Source: Pseudogymnoascus verrucosus (taxonomy: Eukaryota). Taken from it: a DNA stretch of 64,000 bases. Positions 50,057-63,372 of this stretch are shown one piece after another. Positions within the stretch are counted from its first letter, which is position 1, and each line of letters opens with the position of its first letter. A model generated the notes under the pieces. It searched no databases and had not been told where the DNA came from. It saw nothing but the letters and a program-made list of their open reading frames with translations. The translations under genes were made by a program, and so were the position numbers. Location of the stretch: the NCBI GenBank assembly GCA_001662655.1, contig KV460224.1; one strand, written 5' to 3'.

Positions 50057-51377
50057 TTACATCCTATGCTTCCTGCATCGCCTGCAAGCCACAATATAAC
50101 ACTGCTTGCATTCTTGAATGAACCTAGTAATCATCAATTGGCCGCATATTTCGCAGTATCCGGGACCCTGGATATAACGCCAGTCAAGATGCTGACATTC
50201 GTGGTTCTCTCGAAGATTCTGAATTGTGCGTTTGAACGACTCGAATCTCTCGCGCAGTCGCAATCCACGAGTCGCTTGTCGACGAGCTACAAGCACGTTT
50301 GCATGCTCAATGAGTCGATGTTCGTCCCATTGCGCGCAGGTGCAGACTTTCCATCTCAGCCCGCAGAGGTAGCAGAATTCAGTGCCACAACGACAGCTAT
50401 TATAGTGTTAGCATTTGAGGTCTCTGTGGGGTGTGATTGGGAACTTACGTGATATGGTTGCAGCCATAGTTCAGTTCCACCACACTCGAACACATGTAGC
50501 ATCGTTGCCAGCCATTCTCTCTCACCATTTGCAAGATCTGCTCAAACTCTGGATCACTGGGGCATTCTCCGTTGCCATGAGCGGCTTCTTTGCACAGTGT
50601 GCATGTCTTTGAGTCGCATTTGAGACATGTAGCCACGTTGTTGGCAATGTTGGCGAGTTTGATAAACGCTGAACAGGTCTGTACAGAGCAATACGTTTTG
50701 TTCGGAGTCTCATACTCGACCCTTTTGTCGATAAAAGCATCGACCAGGTCGGAAGTCAGGAGTGTGTGGATTGCCTCCAAAGCAATTGGTTGGCGACAGC
50801 AACGTGGCGGAAAGAGGGATTGGTCTGTAATCGCCGCCGTGACAAGGTCCTGGAGACAATCGCGACAGTACTCATGGCCGCATGGACCACATCCAAGTTC
50901 CTCAAGTGTCTTCTCATCACCGCATGCTTCACAAAGATCTGTGTCATAATTGACCGTTACGGGTGTGAAGAGGCTTTTAAGCTTTGACAGTATCCGACGC
51001 CCCAGGGAAGCCTTGAAATCCTTGGAATATGGTAGTCCGGCATGTTCTTTGGGAGTTTGGGCGAGATCGTGATCTCCACCAGCAATGCTTGCCTGTGAAG
51101 TTGTGTTCAGAACAGTCGGCACGTGACTTTGGGCATAATCCGAACTTTGAGCCATGCTCCCATTTGAGAAAGATAGATCGTCATTTTCCAGCTCTTGCTG
51201 TTGCAGCTGCAAGGCGTGTGATTCGTCGGTGAATTCTCCACTGCGACCCTTCCCCGCCGCCGAGGACCCGCTCAACCCCAGATATCGGAGCTGTAGCTTG
51301 GCGATGAGATCCGCTGTCCCATCGTCGATATCGTCGAGACGATCGCTGAGAGGATCGCCGACGCTGAGATAAGCCAT
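50057..51377 (-). CDS. RBR (RING-IBR-RING, Ariadne-like) E3 ubiquitin ligase
   Basis: CEAC..CGHEYCRDC..FPPRCC, YCSVQTC..CLKC..CTLC..H, WQRCYMC..GCNHIT|CRC..FCYLCG; intron about 50396-50448. Confidence 0.87.
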
Positions 51378-53145
51378 GTTTGGGTTCGATGAGATAAGCG
51401 AGATGAGAAATGGTTGATTGGATGCACGTGACTGTGTGGTGATAAATTGTAGAAAATTATGCCCTCAATAAGCCTAGCGGGGCGGACCGTGCCGATCGTG
51501 CGCGGTCGCTAATGGATAGTCCCATCATTTTAGGGCTACGTTAGTCCTAAATAGGATAGCGCGACTCTATTAAAGTGTAGGCCCTCAGAGAGTTTATCAA
51601 AATCTCGAATTGCACTCTCAAGACATCCAGAATATGCCAAAATAAGCCCCAACATTCCGTCGTATTTTTTTAAATTCCTTCATGGACTCATCCCTGCCTT
51701 CTTTCCCTCCGTGAAAACTCTGATCAGGCATGCGATGCTATTTGCTCAGTAGAACAGTGCGTGAGCCATTGTTTCAGCCTTTTCATAGCCACGTAAGCAA
51801 GCCACAGAATACTCCCCATCACGTGCGTTTGCTTCCCTCAAGACGTGACTTCTTTCTTTCCTAGACCCAGCTATGGCAGGTATTCATATCTTATTTGCAA
51901 TAAAGTAGCTATTGCTTCATACATATTATTGACTCTGTTAGATAACCCAAAAAGCCGAAGAATAGTTTCAGTTATTGACGAAACTGCTTCAAAGTACGAC
52001 CTATTGTCAACAATACCTTCAACCTCCGCTCTCCGTTTACTTTCCGCGCGACTAATGAGATGGGCTCAATTACAAGGCTCCGCGCAGCCACAAAAGCACG
52101 TGCAACCTCACACCACATGAACAATCCGATGGCCCATCCAGGCCATCGGGCCTTTCTACTCCACACGGGGCGCCGTTACTACGCAAGGAAGAGTTTTTTT
52201 AGGTAGCACGGAGTCATAGGCACAGTATCGCAGATCGTTGTGCTTGCGGCTCATCGTGCGAACGCTGACGTGGCAGCCAGCCTTATGCAGGGGGTTCCGA
52301 TCACAAGACAGGAAGGCTCCGGGGTCGACTCCGTGTCAAAGGAAATTGGAGAACATCACGGGAGCAATCCTAATTTTCACTCAAAAATTGCTGAGAAAGG
52401 GAAAGGGGGTGTGGCAGGGAAGGAAGGCAAAAAAGGGGGGGGTGAGGTGAGATCAGCGGCAAAAATGGTGAGAGGTGGTGGGTGGGTTGCAAACCAAACA
52501 CACTCGGGCTAAGCTCTATGCAGGCACCAGGAACACTACCAAAGCCTTCTCGAAAGCCTCAATGATCTTAACCTCTCTTTCTTCCAATCAAGCGGTTGTC
52601 ACGTGGGAGAGAGGGCAACTACAGGCCAGTAGGGAAAGCAATGTGAGACAAGCAACCTTCCCTGGGGTACTACTACTCCAGTCCCGCATATACGAGATTG
52701 TCTCGTTTATTTACCCCGATGGAGGATTCAGGCGTATTGGCAGGTTGTTCCATGGGTCCTTCTAGCGCTGTGATTCCTGTTGAACATCCGTGCTACAGCG
52801 TGTGGTTTGCTGGCGACGAATGCACGTAACATGTTACGTGGTGTGGCTGAGGCTGCGATCGTGGCTGAGTGTGGTGGTGCCGCAGCATTTTGTTGCGGTG
52901 TGTGACAGCGGAGAGTTAGTCTAGCGTGATGGAACTTGTTCACCCTTCCGTCTCGGTGCACGAGCAGGTGGTGAGGCACGTAGGGATATCGGGAGATTAG
53001 ACCAGATGAGGGTTTGTCGCCATTTTCAGCCGCGCCAAGTATTGGGAGTTGAAACGCGTATGGAGAGAAACCGGTTTTGAGGAAGGATTTTGTTCCCAGC
53101 ACCTCCTGCGAGGAAACGCTGTCTCACGCTAGGCTTCTTTGAAAT

Positions 53146-53290
53146 ATCTTGGATGCTCTTGGATGCTCTTGGATGCTCTTGGATGCCGTCGGATGTTTTT
53201 GGGTGTTGTTGGATGTTGTCTTGGATGTCTTGGCCTTTTTGCAGTGCCAAGCTATCTCGTCTTGCGTATCTTGGATGTCTTGGCTTTTTT
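53146..53290. repeat. Degenerate 10-bp tandem repeat (cttggatgct / cttggatgtc)
   Basis: Directly visible. Confidence 0.75.
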
Positions 53291-56249
53291 CCGCGGTACC
53301 AAACAATCATCAGACGGGTCGCGGAACAAAACTTTTGACAGGCCGCCTAGTTGAGAGCTCTAGTGGAGCGCGGGTATGGCCTCGACTAATACATATCCGA
53401 TACATATATCAAGGGGTCTTGTTCAACTGGTGGATCTGGAACGCGGCACTCACAATGAAGTGTCTCCAAAGTACTTATCTATACTTATGGTACGCGGTAT
53501 ATATGTACCAGTACACATCCAGGGAGGATGGTGGTCCTGGCTCGGCACTGCTTGCTCTCATTTTGTTTCTGCTCAACCACACGAATTAAGGTTGAAAATA
53601 AACTGGCATTTGCCATCTGATATCAATCCTAGAGCTGGAAGTTCTATTGCGTGAATTTCTGGTACATGGGGATGGATGAGATGCACCTCCGCACTCTCGC
53701 TGTACAAATTTGATGGATCGGCTGTCCGAACGGCTGAGATGCAGCGAGGCTGAAATCATTATGCCCATAATCCATATGAGCAGTGGCTCCACGGGCATCG
53801 TTTATGCGTGGTTGGTTGTTACTTTGGTCAGTGCGAACCCTTCTAATGCCAACTTGACCGATTGGCTGAGTCAAAGTCCAGCCACTGAATATTGTTGGGT
53901 GCACGATGTGGTTTATGCGCGGAATGTTCCTATTCAATTAATTTACCCAGCGGTTGTGCGCATGAACTATACAGAACGGCATCCAGCGGGTGCCATGGCT
54001 GACCACGGCACCCCGCCATTCATGGTCTTCAAGCCGCCACCAACATCGACGCACCCTACTACGTCCAGGCAGCGCAGCCCGAAGAATTTTTTCAAATAGT
54101 GTCTTACATTTACATTCCAGAATGATCGTGAAACACGGATGGACCAATCACCAGCGACCGGTGGTTGATTGGGCGCCATGCTATGTCCATTGAATGGCCG
54201 TTGGGAGTGCTGGATTTGCTGTCTCTTTTTTCTCGCATTTGTGTCGTCAATTATAGGAATACAAGCGCGTTGTACCGCCTATACAGTGCCAGTTGTATCT
54301 TGCTTGTCTCCTTGGGGAAGATATATACGGGAATTGGTACTGTGCTGGTCCCTGCGCTTCAGGGCAGATGACGATCACGGCGTGTCACTGCCGACGTCCG
54401 TGGGCGGGGGGCAATATCAAATTTACAGGGCTGCCGGGTGTTCAGTATCTGGTAACTGGGAGGGCATACTGTATGTATGTTCAATATTGACGTATGTATA
54501 CCTGAAGTCAAAGCGCAAATGCGCGCACTATGAACGTCGAACAATTGGGCCTCCCTGTCAAGAGAGGTAGTTTCCACGTTACCCGCGAGTTGGTGCGACA
54601 GGAAAGGACAGCCATGGACGACTCTCACCGAGGGCGATCGCCATTCTTTTTCGAGGCTAATACGAATGGGTAAGCAAACGCGTTTGCTGAACTGCTGCCA
54701 TATGTACATTCGTACTGCGTACAAGACCAGGGTAGTTTCTGTACATCTTCGGTACTTGATTGACATATTGACCTGTACTAACTACAGTAGGGAGGGTGCT
54801 GCAAAACATCGTCTAAAGTCAGTAGGAGTGGCGGTGAGAGTGGGGAAGATCGCCAGAGAGTGGACTTCCTAAGAGCCCGGCTCCGTTGGACCCCTTGCTT
54901 GTCTCCCTCCAGGAAGCACGAGGCACCAACCCACCTAATCGCTGTCCCCATGCAACTCCCCCACTAATAGACCGCTAGGGACACTATCTCCCATCATGGC
55001 GGTAGGTAGTGTGGGCAGTGTGGGCAGAGTGGGCTCGTTGCCTTTCTTTCCAGAAAGGTACACTTTGTTTGATGCGATGCGGCACTCAAGGGTACACGGC
55101 TGCCTCGTCGACATACTGATCCATGGAGGCGCAGCACCGACTTCCGTCGTCCGTGGAGGCCGGGACGAACAATGCCCATTGTTGCGCTGTCGTTCCCGAT
55201 CATTCTTTCTTGCCTGTTTGAGCGAAATTGGGACATGAGGTTGGGGAAGCCAGTGAGCTGTGTGGGTGAGTTCGTTGACTGGTGTGTGGTACCTCGCTGG
55301 TTTGACGTCCGGCAACCTCAACAAGGCTAATCACTTACGTCCTTCCTTCCCACCACTCAAATCCTCGTTCGTTGGCTTGAGCTTCCCCATTTCTGCACCC
55401 ACTCACAGCACCGACGGATTATCCCTGTTCATGTCAGTCAATCCCCCAATATTTCTCACTCCCTCACAGGGTCGTCGTAATAGCTCCCATCGTCGCCTTT
55501 ATATTTATACTCTGCTTCTCTCCCACATTTTTTTCTTTCCTACCCACACGATCTGCACTCGTCGCTCACACATTCATTATACCCCTTCGCCTCACTCCTT
55601 ATACATACTTTGTCTGTCTATTCCCAGTTATTACACTGAATACTCGCCATCCGTGCAGCTTCGTTATCTCCGCTATCCGCACCTCTTGTTACTTCCCCTC
55701 CTCGCCGCCACTTCTTACCTGTGCTATTCGGATCCATTCCTTAACTACACGATTCGAATTTTCACCTTTACGACGCTCCTTATTATCGCAACATTCCTTA
55801 CCTAAGAAGTAATCGCCATGCCTTTGCCCCCGCCGCCCTCTGTACCTCGCCAGCTCTTACTGACACTCGTGCCTCTCTAGTAAGAAGACATAACTGCCTC
55901 CTCGTACCCACTCGACCGCCAATTTGACCGGATCTTCCTGTCTTTCGAGCATCCCACAAACCCAGGCGGTATATCTCTATCTTCTCGGCACACCATCCGA
56001 CACACCTAGCCAGCTCTGGCTGCCGCCCAAATCCCATTGGTTTCAAAGCTTCATCTGCTACTTCGTAGCACTTCGTAGCTTGCTGCCGCTCGAGTCACTC
56101 CTCACATACTCCACTACACAACCGTGTCTTTGCAGTTCTTGTTCAGACCAGCTCTTGTTACCTCGTCGGCATACCTGTGCCTTCGTGGCGCTCCGTCCAA
56201 CCTCATCAGCTCAAGTCACCACCCTGGCCCACGCTATCCCCCCATCGGA

Positions 56250-56860
56250 ATGTCCACTCCACGCGGTGGCAATACTGGACGCCATGACGCTACTAAAGAG
56301 GGTGGCCAGGCAGATGGAAACAATAATGTGGCCGAGGATGGCAGTGAAGACGAGTACGCATACCACCGCTTGGTCCTCGTATACACCCACTGACGCACCC
56401 CTAGTATAGTTCTCGATGCCCCCACCATGACGGACCTGCTCCCTATGCAACAGCCCCAGAACGGTGAGGGACCTGGAGTACACGAAGGAGGTCCCTGGAA
56501 CGGGTAAGCCGCCGCTCTTCTGTCCCCTCATGGCTGACTTCCGCTAACGCGTTCGATAGTAACTCCTTCGCAGGCCTCCACGAGCCTCTTCTGTCTCCCA
56601 TTGACGAAGCTCCTCACAATGGGTATGCATCCAATCCCTCTCCCCTTCCACTACCATCCACCCGCTAACCCCGTCCAGGTTGCCCGCCAGTAACCTCGAA
56701 TCTCCCTACGATCCGATCGACAACTGGTTACACTCCGTGGACCCTCCGATTACACACCTCCTCCATCTACTCGGCCTACAGGAGGATAGGGATCGTCTCC
56801 AGAGACGCCCGACAAGGAAGAACCACAAGCACAAGCACAAGCCCCAACAGCGGAAGTGAG
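56250..56860 (+). CDS. Small multi-exon hypothetical gene
   Basis: MSTPRGGNTGRHDATKEGGQ..; three consecutive intron signatures (gtacgc..ctgac..tag, gtaagc..ctaac..tag, gtatgc..ctaac..cag); exact frame not resolved. Confidence 0.4.
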
Positions 56861-57299
56861 TGTGCTCGAACACCGATACCCTCCCTGTTCCATACAGAGG
56901 GTGGCAGCTCAAGACACACTATCTACGCAGGGTGTTCGACGAGAGGCTATCCACGAGATTAATGATGTACGCATGGGTGGTTGGATGACCATAACGATTA
57001 ATGGCGGGCGGGAAAACGGATAATGGCAGAAACGAGCGATGAACAAAACTTTAGACGATCTATCAACCATGTAATTTATGTATACTCTACGATCACCACA
57101 ACATAGGGTTATATATACGGCCACGGACATAGACTATGAATCAAATATTTCCTTTGTCATACCCGCTAGTTATAATTCGCGATATAAATTACACATATGA
57201 TGCTATCTCTTCAATAACGCTTGCGTGCTCTTCCTCTAAGTACCATGTTCATCAACTTATTTCTCACTCCATACATCATAGATTGAACCACTATCATCC

Positions 57300-57680
57300 C
57301 TCGAGCTCCTTCGTACCAGACTCCCCGCATCTCTTAACTACATGCTCGCCTTCATCTACCTTGCGTACTTAATGATGACGCTTCTTCTAGAGACCGTCCC
57401 AGCTTTCGAGGATACATGGATTGAATGTCTTGGTGACTTGGGCAGGTACCGAATGGCTATCGAGGACGACAATGGCAAGAATAGGGAGATTAATACGTCG
57501 CTCGTTAGTGGTATTTGAAGGCCGCTGGCTGATCGCCCCTCTACAGCTGGTCTCGCGATCCTGGCCCGACCAAACGCGCTCGCGCAACTCTTCTACAACT
57601 GGACGTCTTTACCACCACCTCGCGATCCTAGCTAGGCCAAACGCGCTCCCACAACTCTTCTACTACGAAAAGTCCATTAC
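57300..57680 (+). pseudogene. Fragment of a fungal Est1/Ebs1(SMG5-7)-like TPR protein gene
   Basis: LELLRTRLPASLNYMLAFIYLAY.MMTLLLETVPAFEDTWIECLGDLGRYRMAIEDD, then frameshift/stop, then TTGRLYHHLAILARPNALPQLFYYEKS. Confidence 0.75.
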
Positions 57681-60600
57681 AGACTGCATTTCCTTCACTG
57701 CAGCCCGAAATTCAAAAACTGTTTGTGCAGAAGTTGAACCCAGTTGCCCACTATACTTATTAGCAGGTATCACCTGAGAAGTACATGTCCCTCCTCTCCC
57801 AACTCTACTCACAATGCCTTTCCTCACGACGCCCTTTCCTCAACGCAAACTCGACCATCACACCACACCATATATCCACCACCGCGGAAAACCACCAAAA
57901 TAGGAAAGCCGCCGCCTAATAACTTCCCTCACCGCTCATTCATTCCAAATCTTCACCGGTAATATATGCGCCGCCCGATCCTGCGCAAGCGCGGACGGTG
58001 CCGACGCGGCCCAACTAACCCTCCGCCACGCTTACGGGTTGGGTTACCTGATCCGAGTACGACAGCCGAGCAAATCAAATCGCATCAAGGCGGCAAACGC
58101 GGCCTTTAATCTCCCGAGACGTCAGCACCATGAATATGCTTCTATTTTGAGGCGGGAGCTAAGACTCTTGACATGTGCTTTGTACAATTGTACCGTGCGC
58201 TTTAATATCAGAATTACTAGGACGCCATTTCTGGCCCTATTTCTGTTTCTACCTTGTTTCGTCACCTCCGCGGGCGCACCAGCATCACTAATTCGCAGAG
58301 TCGCCAGCGCACTCGGTGACCGACGCGCCTTGCCAACCCCACGCTCACCGCCCTCCATGCATATGCCTTGGGGATAGCCTAACAGCCCACTGCAAACCAT
58401 GCAGAGCTACCAACTTTCCAATACGAGGGAATGTCATTGGGAAGAGCTGTTGGGGGCGGTTTCTGGAAATTGCCAACACAGTCCGCACCCTCACGAGGCA
58501 GCGGGTGCGGGGCGGTATAGATGGTGGGGGTGAGAGTGGGAGTGCGTGGCATTCAACAGCTAAAGTTGGGGGAGTGGGGGGTATATCCCTCAACCGTTTC
58601 GGTAGGTGCTCGCGTGCCTTCCCAACAGCATAGGCTGAAGGTTGACTGAGAGTACCCAAGATTTGGGTGGGATTCTTGTTTCCCATACTACAACCCCCAC
58701 CTTGCATCCCAGCCTTGGATCATATCAGATGTTTTATGCTTTAAGGCGTGGGTTGGGGGATCGGAGAGTTTAGGGATATTACCTGGGACACCATTGGCCT
58801 TTCTTAGGTGCACAATGCACTTTGACATACTCTGCACTACCATCCACCACATGGGTGCATACGTGGGGTTTGAGAATGGAGAGGGGTAGTGGGGGATTCA
58901 GAGACTGCTGGGAGTTCATCCCCATCAACCCCACGTACTTTATGTTGAAGGAAGCCCCCACGCTGCTCTCTTCCCCCATCAAAGATGTACGGGGGTATAG
59001 GCAATTTGCGGCGGCGTGCGGCAATTCACGGCATTGGATTGTTTACGGCATTGGTTTCTTCTCATGAGCTGAACAACGCGGCGATGGGACGCCATAGAGT
59101 GGGATGGTCAGAATGAGTACCATATACTAAGCCTTGAGTATCATACGAGTACCCTCTGGTCCCAGGTACACATAGATACAGGACACTCTGTCCTGAAAAA
59201 TTGCATGCGCGTCCATGTCGAGGCTCGCCGCCGGAGGAGGGCAATCCGTCATCTCCGTCCTCCTCCCACCAGCTCAATCCAGGCTAGCCTTACAAGGCGA
59301 TATCCACAATCCATCATTTAATCTCCACCGGGATCAAAGACAGGTCGAAGATCTCACTCCACAGTCTCCATAGAAACTCCGCAGCGATCCCGGCGCTACA
59401 CGCGTATGCTCCACATCGGCTCCTAGCATATCACCGCGCTTTACTTGGGACAGAATAGACTGACAGCCTAATTTTCTAGCACCGCGCCAATCTAGGAATG
59501 GGCGCAGGGACGCACGGCGCCGAGGCACGCTTGTTTCCGCCCTGGTCACTCTGCCGAGGCCCCTGGAAACACAACAGGGTTCTCAACACCCAAACGAGCG
59601 TCAATCACCAACCACAACTGTAGGGCTGACAAGTGTAGCGTGGCGTGTGTGCTAACTGATAATTACCAAGCGTCATATAATTTCCCAACATGCGCGCGGG
59701 TTTCCACTGTCCTCCCGTCAGCTAACATTCGCAGTGATTCGCAGCCTGCTTCTCACCACAGTCCGTTTTGCCAACGCCGACGCGCGAGTCGGTGTCGGGT
59801 CAGCGGATGGCATTTTGAGTGCCCAGGTAGTTAGCCAGTATGAAACTGAGGGCTGGGCCGTGGTCCGTCCTGCGGGTACTATTCGTAAGCTCTCCTTGAT
59901 GTTGTGGAAATCTGTTTGACAGATCTCACTTGCGGCCTTGGGCACAGCTACACACATTTAATACTGCTCTGTTTGAGTTTTTCCCAAGGCCGTAAATGGG
60001 ATCTACTAAACAGATGCCTAGGGTGTCAGAGATACAACTTCGAGGATAGACGCCACAATAATTCTTCTGTGGCTACCGGTCTGGGGAGTGGAAATGACGC
60101 CAAGAGAATCCAAGAGGTAACTCAACACTGTTTGGTGAGTTGGGATCCGCTAAATGAGGCTGTGCATATTTTATTACTGTACTTTTTGAGTTATACCTAA
60201 GGCCGCAAGCGGGATCTACCAGACATATGCCCGTTGTCAGGGGTCTTGGTGACCAGAAGCCAGGTATCGAATGAAGAGCTTGGTCATCTTGGAGTCTCTA
60301 CCAATGGAGTATGTGGTGTATTTTGGTGGAATAAATCATGGAATAGCCATCCCACACCGCTACTACTCTACCAATCCAAAAAATCGACCCCTCAACCCAC
60401 CCTGGCTAGTCCTATCACGATTTCTCACCTGGAGTGATGGCGAAAGTACACGCGGGTCTCCTGGCTAGATCTTAAAGTTGGCTCAAATCCTATCCCTTCC
60501 CTCAATGCAGCCCGCCTCATTTCGATCCCCGTCCTATCGGCGACTACATATAGAAAGTCCTTCCCTGAAAGAGGCCGAGCGCTGCAGCCTTTCTGTATGT

Positions 60601-61619
60601 GATTAATCAAGCCGATCGGGCGTTCGGCGATCGATCTAGGACAACAGGATTCTGCATCACGTACCAGTAACCCTCTAGTTTGCGGCGTCCAGAGCCGTGC
60701 GTTTTTCAGCCAAACAAACCCTCCACTCCACGTACAACGTGGCCTGGTGGGACTTCCTTGCAACGGTAAACGGCAATGCTCTTGGTGGCTTAGCATACAT
60801 AAAGTTACAGCTCGCGTTTCCGATCGCGCACCTGCTTCCCCGGAGCCTTGGTCCGAGCGCATCTGCTTTTACGAACGGCTGGCAATGCGAGCTGCCAATT
60901 GGTTGCTTCATCTGTACGAGAAGCGGTCGGCATGACTTGTTAAACCAGGTATGGGTATCAGGCATGGATCGTAAAAATATACTCGTACTTCGGATCATAT
61001 TATACGTCCATGGGTTCCTTGTAGATTCTTCGTCCGAACCGAGAATAGGCCAATCGTAAAATTAGAGTCTGCGTCAGTTCTGTGTCCTAAACGTCTCGGG
61101 CCATTACTCGCCTACCTCTGGCTAGGGGTCGTGCTCGCCATAGAGGATTAGATCTGGCATGTCCTAGCGGCTCTTACCCCTCCCCGGTAGTTCATCAACT
61201 GGGGCGCGTTTAAGGGTTGGTGACTCTTCACATAACCATAGCAAATACTCCACGTAACAGGTCACTAAGCTTGTCACCGACCTCTCATCCTCCATTTTTA
61301 GTTCCGTCCGATCCCACCCGCGCTCCCTCGCCTCATCTCTGCCCATAGGGTATCACTACTTCCTTTTCCCCGCAACTAGCCCACAAAATGAATAAACGAC
61401 TACATGACGAAGATGCCTTATAGATTACCTGGTCCAACATCGAACTAAACCGACCGCACTCTTCCTGTTAGCCCACTAACTCGCGGCACGGCGTGATTCG
61501 AACGGGTGACACAGCTGGTGTCGTGGCAAGGCGGAAGATTCATTGTGATAGTACAACGTAGCGTACATGTATCGGCGATCCCGTGAGCAGCGCTTGCCTC
61601 TTGTTCCAAGCTCGAGGAG

Positions 61620-61720
61620 TGGTGTGTGGCTTGAGGTGTGTGGCTTGAGGTGTGTGGCTTGAGGTGTGTGGCCTCATGTATGTGGCTTCATGTATGTGGC
61701 TTCATGTATGTAGCTTGATG
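61620..61720. repeat. 14-bp tandem repeat (ggtgtgtggcttga grading into tgtatgtggcttca)
   Basis: About 7 units visible. Confidence 0.85.
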
Positions 61721-62364
61721 CGTCTTGCTTGTGTTACTAACAAAATATCATCATGGTTCCAAGCCAAAGGCATAGTTATGTTGCCACAGTGAGCTTTCTG
61801 GCGTTCCTTACACAGCTCTGCGCTAAGAATAAAGTGATTGTCATTAGGCGGAATATGTCTGGTATATCGTGAACTGTAATGTAAGGGTTTGCTTACTTAT
61901 CGATGGGGTCGCCAGCTTGAGGCTGCGATTTATATGGGATTATGTCAGATCTTGCCATCATTTATTCTTGAACACTGGTTTGAGTGGACGAAACTTGGTA
62001 ATATTCGGAGTTCTGGCATACCGGAGATGCGGTTGTCCCCGCAGTTTTGAACGCCCCAACTTTCGGCTCAGGAGCATCGCCATAACATCATATAAGGTCA
62101 TAAGTGCTGCGTGTGTCCAAGATACTGATCAGTAAACAAACTTTCTCGATCGGAAATTCCGAAAATGGTAGCTTCGCTTTCAAATCGAGGGTTTATAATA
62201 TGCTGTTTCAGATGCAGTTGCTGTCTATAACATGGACATATTCATGGGGTATATATAGTTGCTTGCTGCCATACTTCGATTTAACACTACTGTCAATCCC
62301 AGTACTCCCAGCATCTACGGCATTTATAACATCTTCAGCATCTACTCGCAATTTTGAGATCACA

Positions 62365-63372
62365 ATGTCTCTCCCAAATATCTTCCTCATCGGTGCCTCT
62401 GGCTACATTGGAGGCACCTTCCTCACTTTCCTGACGAAAGCCCGCCCAAATTTGCCCATCCGAGCGCTTGTCCGGAGTGAAGAACACGCAGACATCCTAA
62501 GGAAATTTTACGGATCGGCTGTCACGCCCGTCATTGGATCGCTCGAGGACTCTGATTTCCTTCGTGCGGAGGCTTCGAAGGCGAATATTATTGTCCAAGC
62601 AGCTCCTGGTATGGAGACAGCTATTGCAGCCCTCATCGAAGGCGCTGCGCTCAACCCCTTGAACAAGTCGCTCAAGGAGTCAGACCGCCCTGCCATTGTC
62701 CACATTTCGGGCTCCAGTAACATTTCTCACCCGGTCTTGGGAGAGCTCTTGCCGCGTGTCTTCAGCGATGTGGATGACCTGGATGATATCTTGGCGCTGG
62801 ATCCTAGCCGCATCCAAGTCCCATGTGAGAATGCGATCAGGACTCTCAGCAAGGAGAAGAATGTTCGTTCTGTCATCATCTCACCGCCTACCATCCTTGG
62901 CCACGGGAAGGGTGCGATCAAGACGGAGACGTTCCAGGTCGGCTGGTACAACGCGATCATCGAGAACGGCGCCTCGTTCCTGCTGGGCAAGGGAACGAAT
63001 GCGTGGAGCACTGTTTCCATTAGTGATCTCGGTCGTGCAATCTTGTTTGTCTTTGACGAGATATTGAAAGGCGAGCAAAGTCGAATCGAATACGGAGATT
63101 CCGGCTACTACTGGGTTGAGGCATTCGAGGTGTCGCTGATGGATCGCGCCAAGGCGATTGGCGAAAGGCTGTTCAAGGAGGGAAAGATCGGGACGCCTGA
63201 GGTGGAACTCAAGTCGCTTGAAGAGGTGACCTCAAGATGGTCAGTGTATATGGGATATCTTATCGGAAGCAGCTCTAGGATCAAGGCGGACAGGCTCAAG
63301 GCACTGGGGTGGAAGCCTTTGGATTTTGACTGGAAGGTGCTGGTCGAAGAAAAGGGCGGTAAGAGATGTTAG
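62365..63372 (+). CDS. NAD(P)-binding Rossmann protein (NAD-dependent epimerase/dehydratase-like), intronless
   Basis: IFLIGASGYIGG, IRALVRS, ISPPTILGHG, WSTVSISDLG, SSRIKADRLKALGWKP; likely start MSLPNIF. Confidence 0.85.
   Translation: MSLPNIFLIGASGYIGGTFLTFLTKARPNLPIRALVRSEEHADILRKFYGSAVTPVIGSLEDSDFLRAEASKANIIVQAAPGMETAIAALIEGAALNPLNKSLKESDRPAIVHISGSSNISHPVLGELLPRVFSDVDDLDDILALDPSRIQVPCENAIRTLSKEKNVRSVIISPPTILGHGKGAIKTETFQVGWYNAIIENGASFLLGKGTNAWSTVSISDLGRAILFVFDEILKGEQSRIEYGDSGYYWVEAFEVSLMDRAKAIGERLFKEGKIGTPEVELKSLEEVTSRWSVYMGYLIGSSSRIKADRLKALGWKPLDFDWKVLVEEKGGKRC

Noticed and set aside
51845..61346. Many 60-180 aa ORFs in the ORF track
   Set aside because: Overlapping, no recognisable motifs, mostly non-ATG starts; consistent with chance ORFs
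61485..61570. tRNA-like GTTCGAATC on the minus strand
   Set aside because: T-stem and acceptor stem do not pair
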